Shown: positions 1-10,574, counted from the first letter of the stretch. The stretch is DNA of 64,000 bases from Planctomycetota bacterium (GCA_016192525.1 JACPTZ010000214.1:5659-69658), one strand, 5' to 3'. The notes: generated by a model from the letters alone, not told the origin. Numbers and translations: made by a program.

Positions 1-2
1 CG

Positions 3-1607
3 TGCCGGTCGTGGCAGACCGAGGCCCCCTACCGGATGCTGCAGAACAACCTCGATCCCGAGGTGGCCGAGGATCCGTCGCGCCTCATCGTCTACGGCGG
101 ATCGGGCAAGGCGGCCCGGAATCCGGACTGCGCCCGGGCGATCCTGCGGACGCTCCAGACGCTCGGCGATGACGAGACCCTCCTCGTCCAGTCCGGCAAG
201 CCGATCGCCGTCTTCCGCACCCACCCGTGGGCGCCGCGCGTCCTCATCGCGAACTCCCTCCTCGTCCCGGCGTGGGCCACCTGGGAGGAGTTCTGGCGGC
301 TCGAGGCGCTCGGCCTCACGATGTTCGGCCAGATGACGGCCGGGTCGTGGATCTACATCGGCACGCAGGGGATTCTCCAGGGGACGTACGAGACCTTCGC
401 CGCCGCGGGCCGAAAGCACTTCGGCGGGTCGCTCGCCGGGCGACTGGTGGTGACCGGAGGCCTCGGCGGGATGGGCGGGGCGCAGCCGCTCGCCGCGACG
501 ATGAACGGCGCCGCGTTCCTGGGGATCGAGGTGGACCCGGCCCGGATCGCGCGCCGCGTCGCCACGGGGTACTGCGACGTCCAGGTGTCGTCGCTCGATG
601 ACGCGTTGCGTCAAGTTGATGACGCGAAGTGTCAGAAACGTCCCCTCTCGGTGGGGCTGGTCGGAAACTGCGCCGACCTCGTCCCGGAGCTGGTCCGACG
701 GGGGGTCGTACCGGACCTCGTGACGGACCAGACGAGCGCGCACGATCCGCTGAACGGCTATGTCCCGCCGGGGCTCACGCTCGCGGCCGCCGCCGAGCTG
801 CGAAAATCATCACCGGAGGAGTATGTCCGCCGGTCCCGCGAATCGATGGCCGTTCACTGCAGCGCGATTCTGGACCTGCAGAAGGCCGGGGCCGTGGCGT
901 TCGACTACGGGAACAACCTCCGCGGGCAGGCGAAGATCGCGGGGGTCGGGAACGCCTTCGACTATCCCGGGTTCGTCCCGGCCTATGTGCGCCCGCTCTT
1001 CTGCGAGGGGAAGGGCCCGTTCCGCTGGGCCGCCCTCTCCGGCGATCCGCGCGACATCGCCGTCACCGACGATCTCGTTCTGAAAGAGTTCCCGGACAAC
1101 GAGGGGCTCCGGCGCTGGATCACCCTGGCGCGGGAGAAGGTGAAGTTCCAGGGGCTCCCGGCCCGGATCTGCTGGCTGGGCCAGGGGGAGCGGGCCCGAT
1201 TCGGGGCGGCGCTCAACCGGCTCGTCGCGGACGGGACGATCCGGGCCCCCATCGTCATCGGACGGGATCACCTCGACACCGGCTCGGTCGCCTCGCCGAA
1301 CCGCGAGACAGAGGCGATGCGGGACGGGAGCGACGCCATCGCCGACTGGCCCGTCCTGAACGCCCTCCTCAACACCTCCTCGGGCGCCACCTGGGTCTCG
1401 GTCCATCACGGCGGCGGAGTCGGGATCGGCTACGCGATCCACGCCGGCATGGTGATCTGCGCCGACGGAACGGACCTCGCCGCGCAGAAGCTGGAGCGGG
1501 TCCTCACGAATGATCCGGGGAGCGGCGTGGCGCGCCACGCGGACGCCGGCTACCCCGAGGCCCTCGCGACCGCGAAGGCTCAGGGATTGAAGACGCCGCT
1601 GGTGTGA
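3..1607 (+). CDS. hutU: Urocanate hydratase (5'-partial)
   Basis: Motifs [33 protein letters not shown] and [18 protein letters not shown]. The frame is open to the window edge ([12 protein letters not shown]). Confidence 0.97.
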   Translation, partial: CRSWQTEAPYRMLQNNLDPEVAEDPSRLIVYGGSGKAARNPDCARAILRTLQTLGDDETLLVQSGKPIAVFRTHPWAPRVLIANSLLVPAWATWEEFWRLEALGLTMFGQMTAGSWIYIGTQGILQGTYETFAAAGRKHFGGSLAGRLVVTGGLGGMGGAQPLAATMNGAAFLGIEVDPARIARRVATGYCDVQVSSLDDALRQVDDAKCQKRPLSVGLVGNCADLVPELVRRGVVPDLVTDQTSAHDPLNGYVPPGLTLAAAAELRKSSPEEYVRRSRESMAVHCSAILDLQKAGAVAFDYGNNLRGQAKIAGVGNAFDYPGFVPAYVRPLFCEGKGPFRWAALSGDPRDIAVTDDLVLKEFPDNEGLRRWITLAREKVKFQGLPARICWLGQGERARFGAALNRLVADGTIRAPIVIGRDHLDTGSVASPNRETEAMRDGSDAIADWPVLNALLNTSSGATWVSVHHGGGVGIGYAIHAGMVICADGTDLAAQKLERVLTNDPGSGVARHADAGYPEALATAKAQGLKTPLV

Positions 1608-1635
1608 GAAAACGGAGACACGATCGGCCGGAGGG

Positions 1636-2409
1636 CTACGCCCCCACCTGATGGGTACCCCGCCACCCGCGGCCGCAGGGCATGAGAGAGTGTGATCCCG
1701 TCCGATCCCAGTCCCGCACGGACGGTCCGAGGTCTACGCCGATCCATAGGCAGAGCGGGATCATGACGAGGGACGTCGTTGGCCCGTCGAGGTGCAGGTA
1801 CCCCTTCAGGAAGAAGGGCGCTCCGACCCCCATCGCCAGGCACGCGAGCGGCGCCAGAAAGACCACGTCGTATCGGGGCATGATCCAGCGGCCCAGGCGG
1901 AATCGGCCCCACAGGCTCAACGGGGCGGAGTACACTCCGAAGTAGATGAGGAATCGAACAGCGGCGATGCAGAGGGAAAGAAGCCCGAAGGCCGCGGACA
2001 ACTCCGACGCGGGGCTCTCCTAGGTCAAGGTGAACGCGGCGATCGGCAGGACCGGGAGGTATCCGTGGAAGAGGACCGGAAGAGAAAGGGCGCCCACCCA
2101 GAGGAAATCGCGTCGGTCGAGCGTCACGGACCCGAAAGGTAGGGGCCGGCGCGAGGACCAGGGGGTCTGCAAGAGCCAGTCCACGTACCCCGGAACGATC
2201 CGGGGATGGGTGAACCCGAGGCGGAAGAGTCCGTACATGCCGGCCATGAGGGTGTAGCAGAGCAGGAATGCGGCCTGGATGTCGAAGGGGCGCTCCGGGT
2301 GCGGGCTCATCTCTCGCAAGTAGGGAGCTGAGGCCTCCAGCAGGAGGCAACTGGAGAGGCACATCCACTCGAATCCGCGAGTCGGGTTGGGGGAAGATCG
2401 CTTCACCAC
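1636..2409 (-). pseudogene. Multi-pass membrane protein (putative ABC permease), interrupted by an in-frame TAG at 2020-2022
   Basis: ORFs 2020..2601 and 1636..2001 are in the same frame. AGGAG precedes a GTG at about 2409. The C-terminus (GRW...YDVVF.AP...GP...DW..TG.H) matches the paralogue at 2424-3484, but the middle region is missing. Confidence 0.6.
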
Positions 2410-2423
2410 CGACGCGCTCCTGA

Positions 2424-3484
2424 CTAGGCCTTCACGGAGACCCCGACCCCCCCCGCCATGGGCGGCGCGATTCGGTGTCCCCCGGTCAGATGCCAGTCCG
2501 CCGACGTCGGGCCCCAGTCTTCGGACACCCAGAAGAGAAAGACGAAAGTGAGGGCGATCGTCGCCGAGAGGCTGAAGTTCAGGGGTTCCCGCAAGACCCA
2601 CGGCAAGGCCGTTCCTCCCACGACCGAGACGAAGGGCGCGACGAAAACGACATCATAGGACGCATCGATCCACCGACCTGTGCCGTACCGGCCCAGCAGG
2701 CCCAGGGACCAGGGGTACCCCGCGCAGAATCGTCCCAGCCGCTGCACGGCCAGAATCAGCCCGATGACCCCCATCGCCACCGGGACCGAATGCGACGGCA
2801 GGAGTTCGAAGTCTTCGACTCCCTTGAACATGATGTCGGCAATGCCCCCGTTGGCGCCGGCATAGATCCACCCGCCGATGAGACCGCCGATCGCGAGACC
2901 CCGGAGACGGCGCTTCGGCGCCCGCGGCCCCGTGGGAGACAGCACCTCGAAGGGCCACCCCATCGCGGGTCGACCTGCAGCAGCCATCACCAGGGAATCA
3001 ATGGATCTCGTGGCCGGCGGAAACTTCGCCAGGGCCCGTCGATGTTCAACGGCGGCGTAGGCGACGAGAATGACGGCCCCAACGAACACCCGTGGGTCGG
3101 GCCACACCCAGACCAGGGCCCCCAGAAGATAGAAGAGGAGGATTCCCGAGGAGCGTCCCATCGCGCCGAAAGTCCCGGCCGAGGCGAGGAGGTATCCGAA
3201 GGCCGCCGCCGAGGGCGAAAGCGCGGGCGATCCGCCGTGCAGCGCGGTCGCCAGAGTGAGGAGTCCGATCCACAACGCGTCCTGCCAGGCGGGAGTGACG
3301 GGGTCATGCCGTAAAGGAGCGCGAACACCACGTGCGCCAGGCGCATCTGCGCGTGCATCGTCGCGGGCTTCGTGCTTTCGTCTGGAAACAGGACCGACGC
3401 CAGCCAGATCGCCTCAAGCAGCAGCAGCGAGAGGAGCCCAGCCCACAGAGCGACGCCGATCAAGGACCAGCGGATCCTCCTCAC
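2424..3484 (-). pseudogene. Multi-pass membrane protein (putative ABC permease), frameshifted near 3300
   Basis: The GTG at 3484 overlaps the ATPase stop (VRRIRWSLIG...LLYGMT). The homologous continuation PVTPAWQDALWIGLL is in another frame (ORF 2424..3275). Confidence 0.6.
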
Positions 3485-4260
3485 GGCTGCTTCCCTCCGA
3501 AGTACGACTCGATCTTCCGGGAGGACTCCGGGCTGACCAGTCGCTCGTACACCATTTCCAGCGGCCCCTCCACGCCCGCGATGCGCCTCAATCCGTCCAG
3601 CGTGTCGCAGACGGTGACTCTGCCGTCGAGGATGATGGCGATCCGGTCCGCCAGACCTTCGACCAGCTCGGGGACGGGAGTCGCCATAACGATCGTGATG
3701 TCGTCCCGGGCGGCAAGACTCTGGAGCACCTTCCGCAGCGCCGCGATGCCGGAGGGATCGAGTCCGCCGGAGAACGGCTCGTCGAGGAACATCACCGGGG
3801 CCTCGACGATCAGTGCGGCGCCGAGCGCCACCTTCTTCCGCTGTCCGCCCGAGAGCGACTCGATCGGGCTGTCCGCCTCTTTCTCGAGATCGAACAGGTT
3901 CAGCAGGCGTTCCGTGTGTTCGAACAGCCGCTCGTCGTCGATTCCCCACAGCCGTCCCACGGCGGGGAGCCATTCGCGCGGAGTTCGGCCCTTTGGGAGC
4001 CAGGCCTCTGCCGGGAGATAGACCACTTCCTGGCGGATCGCCAATTCCTCCTCCGGCGTGCGACGCCGGCGCCTCCCGTGGATCTCAACATGCCCCCGAT
4101 ACGGCGCGAGGATCCCCGCCATGATGCCCAGAAGGGTGGACTTCCCCATTCCGTTCGGGCCCATGAGCGCGACGACCTCTCCCCGGTCGATGTGGAGCGA
4201 TACGTCGCGGAGCACCGGACGCACCCCGTAATGGTGTGTGACGTTGACGACGTCGATCAT
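3481..4260 (-). CDS. ABC transporter ATP-binding protein (ABC-2 type)
   Basis: Walker A GPNGMGKS, signature LSGGQ, Walker B MFLDEP. Start MIDVVNVTHHY at 4260. Confidence 0.93.
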   Translation of the reverse strand: MIDVVNVTHHYGVRPVLRDVSLHIDRGEVVALMGPNGMGKSTLLGIMAGILAPYRGHVEIHGRRRRRTPEEELAIRQEVVYLPAEAWLPKGRTPREWLPAVGRLWGIDDERLFEHTERLLNLFDLEKEADSPIESLSGGQRKKVALGAALIVEAPVMFLDEPFSGGLDPSGIAALRKVLQSLAARDDITIVMATPVPELVEGLADRIAIILDGRVTVCDTLDGLRRIAGVEGPLEMVYERLVSPESSRKIESYFGGKQP

Positions 4261-4322
4261 TGAAAAGTCCCTCGGTGGCACGGGCGGATGATTCGACCGC
4301 TGACGACACTCCCCTTTCCGGC

Positions 4323-5555
4323 TCACCGCGTTCCCTCGGGCGGCTTCGACTTCGTTGCCCCTTCGGTCCGGGCTTGCATCTCCGCCAGCGCCTCCTCGGC
4401 GCGGACGGCGAGGGACGTGTCGCGCAGCTCGCGTCCCATCACGGCGATGTAGGTGAGCACGCCGGTGTCCTCCGGCACCGCGTCGAGGGCGCGACCGAAG
4501 GCGGTGATCGCCTCGACCCGGCCGGGCTCGCCGCGCATCGAATGGTACTTGCCTAGCAGGTAGTGCGGGCGAAAATCCCGTGGCGTGCGCTGCGTTCGGG
4601 GCGCGGGCGCCGCGGGCGCCGCTTCCGCGGCGCACTCCAACACCGCAGCGCCTTCCAACCCGACGGCACGATCGAGGAGTTCTCGCGCCTCCTCCGGCCG
4701 GGCGTGCTCGAGACAGTGCATCGCGAGCTGAAGGAGCGCCTCCGGGTGGTCCGGGTGCGCAACGAGCACCTCTCGCCAGAGCGTCTCCGCATCATCGATC
4801 TTTCCCTCGTCCCGGAGCGTCATCGCGACCTCGACGCGGAGCCCGATGTCGTCCGGGGCAATCGTCCGCGCGCGATCGAGGCAACGATGCGCCTCCTCGA
4901 ACCGGCCGGCCGCCCGGAAGTACGACCCCATCTTCGCCAGCGTCTTCGCGTGCTCGGGTCGCTGCTGGAGCTGATCGAAGAGACGCGACTCCAGCTCCTT
5001 CCACCGACCCGCGTGAAAATAGACGGTGGTGAGCGTGTCCAGGGTCTCCCACCGGTCCGGGAAACGGCCAATGGCCTCCTCCCCCTCCCGGACGGCCGCC
5101 TCTGCATCGTGGCATCCGATCTCGGCGAGGGCGAGGGCGTCGTACAGTTCGGCGGAGGCTTCGCCGCCGGCGCGGGCGCGTCGGAGCCAGTCCCGCGCGA
5201 CGGCGAAATCCTTCCGGTCGATCGCGCATCGGCCGGCGTTGAGGAGACACTCCACGTCGCCGGGCGCGAACCTCAGGGCGCGGATGAAGAGCAACTGCGC
5301 GGCGTCGAGCTCGCCGGTGTTGGCGAAGGCGACGGCCCGGACGTACGCGTGGCGGAAGAGGAGCGGGTCGTAGGCGTGGTCCTCCGGATGCTCTTCAACG
5401 TAGTCCTCCACGCACTGGACGAAGAACTCCAGCGGGGAACCGGGGAACGCGGCCATCGCCTGTTCGACGTCGGTGGGGAGCGGCAGCCCCTTCCCCGGAG
5501 GGAGGCAGAGTTTTCGAGCGGTCTCGGCATCCACCGGCTGGAAGTGGAATTCCAT
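4323..5555 (-). CDS. Tetratricopeptide repeat protein
   Basis: Multiple TPR-like helical pairs (ALRFAPGD, A...AP.D, HPDHPEA). Start MEFHFQ lies just after the kinase stop. Confidence 0.8.
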   Translation of the reverse strand: MEFHFQPVDAETARKLCLPPGKGLPLPTDVEQAMAAFPGSPLEFFVQCVEDYVEEHPEDHAYDPLLFRHAYVRAVAFANTGELDAAQLLFIRALRFAPGDVECLLNAGRCAIDRKDFAVARDWLRRARAGGEASAELYDALALAEIGCHDAEAAVREGEEAIGRFPDRWETLDTLTTVYFHAGRWKELESRLFDQLQQRPEHAKTLAKMGSYFRAAGRFEEAHRCLDRARTIAPDDIGLRVEVAMTLRDEGKIDDAETLWREVLVAHPDHPEALLQLAMHCLEHARPEEARELLDRAVGLEGAAVLECAAEAAPAAPAPRTQRTPRDFRPHYLLGKYHSMRGEPGRVEAITAFGRALDAVPEDTGVLTYIAVMGRELRDTSLAVRAEEALAEMQARTEGATKSKPPEGTR

Positions 5556-5562
5556 CACGCGC

Positions 5563-7158
5563 TCAGAGCTTGTAGACGACGACCGTGCCGCAGAGCCGGT
5601 CGTGGAGGGCGCGGCGTCTCGGATCGAAGGCGGCCAGGAGGTAACCGAAGGTGAAGGCGGCCCCGACGGCGACGAGAAGGTAGAGCAGAACGCGCGGGAC
5701 AGGGATGTCGCCGAAAAGCGCGATCGGGATGACGAGGAAGTAGGCGGCCAGCGTCCGCCCGAGGGCGGTCTTGAAATTGATCGGGAAACCGTCGGAGCGC
5801 ACGACGCACAGATTGAGGAGGTACTTCCCCACCGACTGACCGAACCGGCCATGCGCGTATGAGAGATAGAGGATCAGGAGCGACATGGCGCGCATCGAAT
5901 TCAGGAAGAGTTCGGAGAGCTCGAGGAAGGGCGGCCGGCCGCTCGTAATCACCGTTCCGAAACTGAACCGCGCGAGCACGCCGGCCGGAACAGCGATGCC
6001 GCCGATGAGAAAGAAGTCGATCGCCGCCGCGACGAGTCGACTGACCGGAGAGGCCGGGGTGAGAGGGCGGGGTCGGAGGCCATCGAGGGCCGCGATCAGG
6101 TCATCGTAGTTGGCGTAACGGTCATTCGCGTCCTTCGCCATCATCTTCTCGACGACGCGGCGGACGTCCCGGCGAGATTCGAGAACGGTGTCCTTCGGAA
6201 CCGGGATCGGATCACTCACGTGCTTGAGCATCACTTCGAGCGGCGTACCGCCATCGAAGGGGACTCGACCCACCAGCAGGTGGTAAAGCGTGACACCGAG
6301 GGCGTAGATGTCCGCCCGGTGGTCGACGATTCCCCCCTTCCCCTGTTCCGGGGCCATGTAGAACGGCGTCCCCACCACCATCCCGGTCTTCGTCAGGCCG
6401 AGGTCGGCTTTCACCACTTTGGCGAGACCGAAGTCGGCGATTCGAACCGTCCCGCACGAGTCCAGCAGGATGTTCGAAGGCTTGATGTCGCGATGAATGA
6501 TCCCCTGCTGGTGCGCGGCTTTCAGGGCGAGGGCGGCCTCGCGGATCCAGGCGACGGCCTTCTCGACCGGGGCCCGTCCCTGTTCCTGGACCTCCTGGCC
6601 GAGCGATCGACCCGCCACGTACTCCATTACGAAGTAGGAGCGTCCATCCTCCTCCCCGCGGGTATATATGTGGACGATGTTCGGGTGAGTCACCTTCGCT
6701 GCGCTGCAGGCCTCCTGCTTGAACCGCTTGACGGTCTCCGGGTCCTCGGAGAGTTGCTTGCTCAGGACCTTTATGGCCACCTCGCGCTCAAGCGCCTCGT
6801 CGTACCCCTTGAAGACGGTGCCCATCCCACCCCGGCCGATGGTGCCCGTGACCTTGAAACCGCCAATTCGATCTCCCTCCAATCGGACGAAGGAGCTGGA
6901 GCCGCCGACTGGCGTGGGCAGATCCTGCGCAGTAGTTCCATCCGCACGGGAACCTGATACCAGGACATATGTCTCAGCAGAACTCGGGATCTGTCCTGCT
7001 GACCTCACGCTCTCCGCCGATATCGGCACGATCGACTCGGGCGTCTTGTGCTCCGTATCACAGAACGGACATCGAAATGATTCGCCTGATCTCATGTTCA
7101 CGAGACCCAACATCTTGCCGCACTTACACTTGAACAACGGAAGATCAGTAGCAGGCAT
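5563..7158 (-). CDS. Hanks-type Ser/Thr protein kinase with N-terminal Zn ribbon and C-terminal RDD domain
   Basis: CKCGK...CPFC; GRGGMG, VAIK, HRDIKPSN, DFG, APE; RDD motifs SRLVAAAID, GQSVGK and RALHDRLCGTVVV. Confidence 0.92.
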   Translation of the reverse strand: MPATDLPLFKCKCGKMLGLVNMRSGESFRCPFCDTEHKTPESIVPISAESVRSAGQIPSSAETYVLVSGSRADGTTAQDLPTPVGGSSSFVRLEGDRIGGFKVTGTIGRGGMGTVFKGYDEALEREVAIKVLSKQLSEDPETVKRFKQEACSAAKVTHPNIVHIYTRGEEDGRSYFVMEYVAGRSLGQEVQEQGRAPVEKAVAWIREAALALKAAHQQGIIHRDIKPSNILLDSCGTVRIADFGLAKVVKADLGLTKTGMVVGTPFYMAPEQGKGGIVDHRADIYALGVTLYHLLVGRVPFDGGTPLEVMLKHVSDPIPVPKDTVLESRRDVRRVVEKMMAKDANDRYANYDDLIAALDGLRPRPLTPASPVSRLVAAAIDFFLIGGIAVPAGVLARFSFGTVITSGRPPFLELSELFLNSMRAMSLLILYLSYAHGRFGQSVGKYLLNLCVVRSDGFPINFKTALGRTLAAYFLVIPIALFGDIPVPRVLLYLLVAVGAAFTFGYLLAAFDPRRRALHDRLCGTVVVYKL

Positions 7159-7167
7159 CTCAGAGCC

Positions 7168-8835
7168 TCACAGCTTACCCAGATACTCGGAAGCATACAC
7201 CTGCCAAATTGTATTCTGGCCGATCGTGATGCACTCCTTGAAGGCCTTCTCAGATTTATCGTTTATGCCCATCTTGATACAAGCGTAACCGAGGGAGAAC
7301 ATAGCTCTGACATCGGTCGGGTCCATCTTAACGGCAAGGCTTAGCTGGGAGAGGGAGTCCTGAATTCGATTCTCGGTCCAGTAGATGATGGCCAGCTTGT
7401 AGTGGTCCGTGGCCAATGCCTCGCCCTTGTTGATCTTCGCGCGGATGCGCTTTAGTTCTTCGAGCCTGTCCTCCGGCGTTATAGGCGTTAACTCTTTTGG
7501 AGCAAACAGTTTATCTGATGATGGTCCGATCTTGCTCTTGAAATAGTTGAATCTCTCCTTGTCCATGGCCCCACGGAACCCCTTTCCGATCCCAAGCACC
7601 CAAGACTTGTAGTCACGGATGAAGTTGCTCCGGAAGTCACCGGCACCGAATTCCCGCTCGTAAGAGCGCTTCAGGATCTGATTATTGTGAAGATTGTCAA
7701 TCATGATCCGGTAGTTGGCGAGTCCGACCACGATAGATTCATCTTCTCCACGCGTTGGTATCATGGGGATGAAGACAGTGTCACGGTCCCATTCGAAGAA
7801 ACCGGTGCCAACGTATGGGGCTATCAGGATGATCTGGCTGCTGGACACGCTGATGTCTGATTGTTGGATCAGCCTGATTTGCTCCGCCAGAGATCCTTTG
7901 GTGGTTCTTGGTGATGCATCGGTCAGTGTGCTATGAGTTTTGGTGATTCCTGATCCTGTTGTTCCAAGCCGGAGCAGTGACCTGACTAGCTTCAGCTCAC
8001 CTTGCAGGAAATCCAATCGCTCCTTGAAAGACAGCGGGCTGTTGGACCTCTGCTCGGCTTCACGCGCCGCCTTCGCCTTGGCATTCCGGGCGACCTCCGC
8101 ATGCTCCGAGATCGCGCGATGAACTTGGAGATCGATGTTCGCGAGAGCGTCGAAGAGGGCGAGTTGCTTCTGCGTCTCACATCGTGACTTGGCCTTCGCC
8201 AGGAGGCGACGCCTGATATCCAGAAGTTTATCCCTCTGTTCCGCAGCCGCCTCCGAATGCTGGATGAGGCACTGGATGGCAAGATCCTGCCAGGAGCGGT
8301 CGAGTCTCCCATCGCAGAGCAGGTCGGTCACGGCCGCGGAGAAACCCGGCAGATTCTGAAAGAAGGGCTTGAGGGCGAGGAAGATCTTCTTCGACGCCGC
8401 ATTGAGTTCATCAATCTGCGAGGTCGCGGGAGCCGCCTCGGCCGCCTGCTGGGAAGCTGCGTCGAGCCTGGCCAGGGCGAGGTGATTTCGATAGCGATCT
8501 GCCAGCCACTGGCTCAGGTAGTGGTGCTGGGGGTGAGCATCAGCATAAAGCTCGCGGATGAGCGCGGTCTTGACCTGGTCGGCTTGCGGTCCCAAGAGCC
8601 TCTCATCGAGCAGGCCCGCATCAAGAACGAGGCGCTGATATTTGTTAAAAAGCAAACGTTCTTCATTCTCGTGGAGCACCGCCTGGACGATTTTCGCTGA
8701 CTCCGCCCAGTACTCGCCGTCAATCTTGGTGAGGAGTTTTATCTTCTGTGGGGAAGTGTCTGAAGTCGCATCTTTGGACGGCAGGAGGCCCAGAAACTCC
8801 TGGATCAGCTGCTCCCGCGCGGCTTCAACCGGCAT
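7168..8835 (-). CDS. Hypothetical helical protein with C-terminal TPRs
   Basis: 555-aa ORF packed between parB and the kinase. The C-terminal region HYKLAIIY...AVKMDPTD...LGYAC is TPR-like. Confidence 0.75.
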   Translation of the reverse strand: MPVEAAREQLIQEFLGLLPSKDATSDTSPQKIKLLTKIDGEYWAESAKIVQAVLHENEERLLFNKYQRLVLDAGLLDERLLGPQADQVKTALIRELYADAHPQHHYLSQWLADRYRNHLALARLDAASQQAAEAAPATSQIDELNAASKKIFLALKPFFQNLPGFSAAVTDLLCDGRLDRSWQDLAIQCLIQHSEAAAEQRDKLLDIRRRLLAKAKSRCETQKQLALFDALANIDLQVHRAISEHAEVARNAKAKAAREAEQRSNSPLSFKERLDFLQGELKLVRSLLRLGTTGSGITKTHSTLTDASPRTTKGSLAEQIRLIQQSDISVSSSQIILIAPYVGTGFFEWDRDTVFIPMIPTRGEDESIVVGLANYRIMIDNLHNNQILKRSYEREFGAGDFRSNFIRDYKSWVLGIGKGFRGAMDKERFNYFKSKIGPSSDKLFAPKELTPITPEDRLEELKRIRAKINKGEALATDHYKLAIIYWTENRIQDSLSQLSLAVKMDPTDVRAMFSLGYACIKMGINDKSEKAFKECITIGQNTIWQVYASEYLGKL

Positions 8836-8844
8836 GTCGCAACC

Positions 8845-9699
8845 TCAGTCTGTCTGGATCCGGCTGAGGATCCTATTCAGGTCATCAGCATTGGCGTAGT
8901 CGATCACGATACTCCCACCTCTACGGCGGGGTAAAATCTGTACTCGAACTCCAAGCGCCTTCCGAAGCCGGTCCTCGACTGAGATGAGATACGCATCGCG
9001 CTTCGTCGGCGACCTCTGTTCCTTCGCCTGCTGGGTGAGTCTCGATATGATGTTCTCCACCTTCCGAACCGACAGGCTCTCTGAGATCACCCGATGGGCC
9101 AGGCGAAGCCGTTCCTCGGACGAGACGACCGATAGGAGCGCCCTGGCGTGGCCCATGCTCAATGTTCCACGTGAAACCATCTCCTGGATCTCACGCTGCA
9201 GGTCCAGCAGGCGCAGGAAGTTCGTCACCGTAGTTCTGTCGAGCCCGGTCCGTCCCGCAATATCCTCCTGGGAGAGTCCGAAGCGCTGAGCCATGTCCCG
9301 AAAGGCGTGCGCCTTTTCGATGGCGTTCAGGTCGGTCCGCTGCATGTTTTCGATCAAGGCGAGCTGAAGCATCTGATCGTCACTCGCCTCCCGAACCACC
9401 ACACTGGCCATCCGATGTCCCAGCGCCTTGAGCGCCCTTAGTCGACGCTCCCCAGCGATGAGTTCAAAACCAGACGGGACGCGCCGCACGACCAATGGCT
9501 GGAGGAGGCCGTTCTGCCGGATGGAGCTTGAGAGCGACTCAATCGCCTCGGCGGCAAACTCCCGCCTGGGCTGGAAGCGGTTGGGAACGATGCTATCCAA
9601 GCTAACCTCGTTCCGAGGCTCAGCTTCAGTGACGGCGGCCGGGGCGGACAACAGGGTGTCCAAGCCTCGACCCAGCCTATGCGCCTTTGACTCGCTCAT
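8845..9699 (-). CDS. parB: Chromosome partitioning protein ParB/Spo0J
   Basis: LGRGLDTLL, PNRFQPRREF, LIAGERRLRA, ENMQR, and HTH with RTTVTNFLRLL. Confidence 0.96.
   Translation of the reverse strand: MSESKAHRLGRGLDTLLSAPAAVTEAEPRNEVSLDSIVPNRFQPRREFAAEAIESLSSSIRQNGLLQPLVVRRVPSGFELIAGERRLRALKALGHRMASVVVREASDDQMLQLALIENMQRTDLNAIEKAHAFRDMAQRFGLSQEDIAGRTGLDRTTVTNFLRLLDLQREIQEMVSRGTLSMGHARALLSVVSSEERLRLAHRVISESLSVRKVENIISRLTQQAKEQRSPTKRDAYLISVEDRLRKALGVRVQILPRRRGGSIVIDYANADDLNRILSRIQTD
9163..9178. promoter_or_regulatory. parS centromere-like site inside parB
   Basis: TGTTCCACGTGAAACC against the canonical TGTTtCACGTGAAACA. Confidence 0.85.
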
Positions 9700-10438
9700 A
9701 GAGTATCTCCCTAACTACTTCTATGTAACTCCTTGTTCCAACTGATGTTGGATCGTATTCAAATAGTGACCTTGAGTGGCTCGAGGCCTCGCTGAATTGG
9801 ATGTCTCGGGGCACATAGACCCGCAGAGTCCGATCCGGGAAGTGTCGGCGCACCTCCTCAGACACCTCCGCGCTCAGCCTGAGCTCCGGGTCGTGCATCG
9901 TAAGCAGCAGGAGAACCTCGGGCCGGGTCCCTGCGGTGGGACGCTCGATCGACTCCAGGGAGCGCAGGAGCTGACTCAGTCCTTCCATCGCGAAGTACTC
10001 GCACTGGACCGGGGCCACAACGAGATCGGCCCCGCGGAGCGCGGCCCGAACGAGCGGACCCAGCGAAGGAGAGCAATCGATCAGGAGGATTCTCGCCTGC
10101 GCCTCCGAGGTCTCCTGGAGCCGCTTCAGATGCGAGCGAAAGAGATCCTCCCGATCCCGGGCATCCCACTCGCGGAGCCCCGGACTCGCCGGAATGACGG
10201 AGAGGCCCGGGACGTGCGTGGGTCGGATCGGCGCGAACGGATGCGCGCCTGAGTGACCGGCGACGGCCTCCGCCACGGCCCCGGGTCCGCCCAGCAGGGC
10301 GCTGGAGGCGTTTGCCTGCGGATCCAGATCGAGGAGCAGCGTGGCCGCCCCCGCGTGGGCGAAACAGACTCCGAGCGTGACGGCCGTCGTCGTCTTTCCG
10401 ACCCCGCCTTTCTGGTTCGCAATGACGATCGTCTGCAT
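9677..10438 (-). CDS. parA: Chromosome partitioning ATPase ParA/Soj
   Basis: ANQKGGVGKTTT, DLDPQANAS, IDCSPSLG and PVQCEYFAMEGL. Overlaps parB. Confidence 0.95.
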   Translation of the reverse strand: MQTIVIANQKGGVGKTTTAVTLGVCFAHAGAATLLLDLDPQANASSALLGGPGAVAEAVAGHSGAHPFAPIRPTHVPGLSVIPASPGLREWDARDREDLFRSHLKRLQETSEAQARILLIDCSPSLGPLVRAALRGADLVVAPVQCEYFAMEGLSQLLRSLESIERPTAGTRPEVLLLLTMHDPELRLSAEVSEEVRRHFPDRTLRVYVPRDIQFSEASSHSRSLFEYDPTSVGTRSYIEVVREILYERVKGA

Positions 10439-10451
10439 GGAGGGACAGGCG

Positions 10452-10480
10452 ATTATAGGCCGGGCGGGGGAGGGGAACAA
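10452..10480 (-). promoter_or_regulatory. Sigma70-type promoter for parA
   Basis: Minus strand TTGTTC-N17-TATAAT, 13 nt before the ATG. Confidence 0.55.
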
Positions 10481-10574
10481 CAGTTTTCCGGATCGCCGAA
10501 CCTTGACGGCGTTCGCGCGTAGTGATTGTATGGTCCGCCGGCGCGGCGGAGCGGGCCGTGCGGAAGAGGTGTCG

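Noticed and set aside
2020-2022. Pyrrolysine or alternative-code readthrough of the TAG
   Set aside because: TAG is a normal stop in many genes here, and this one lies at an apparent deletion junction.
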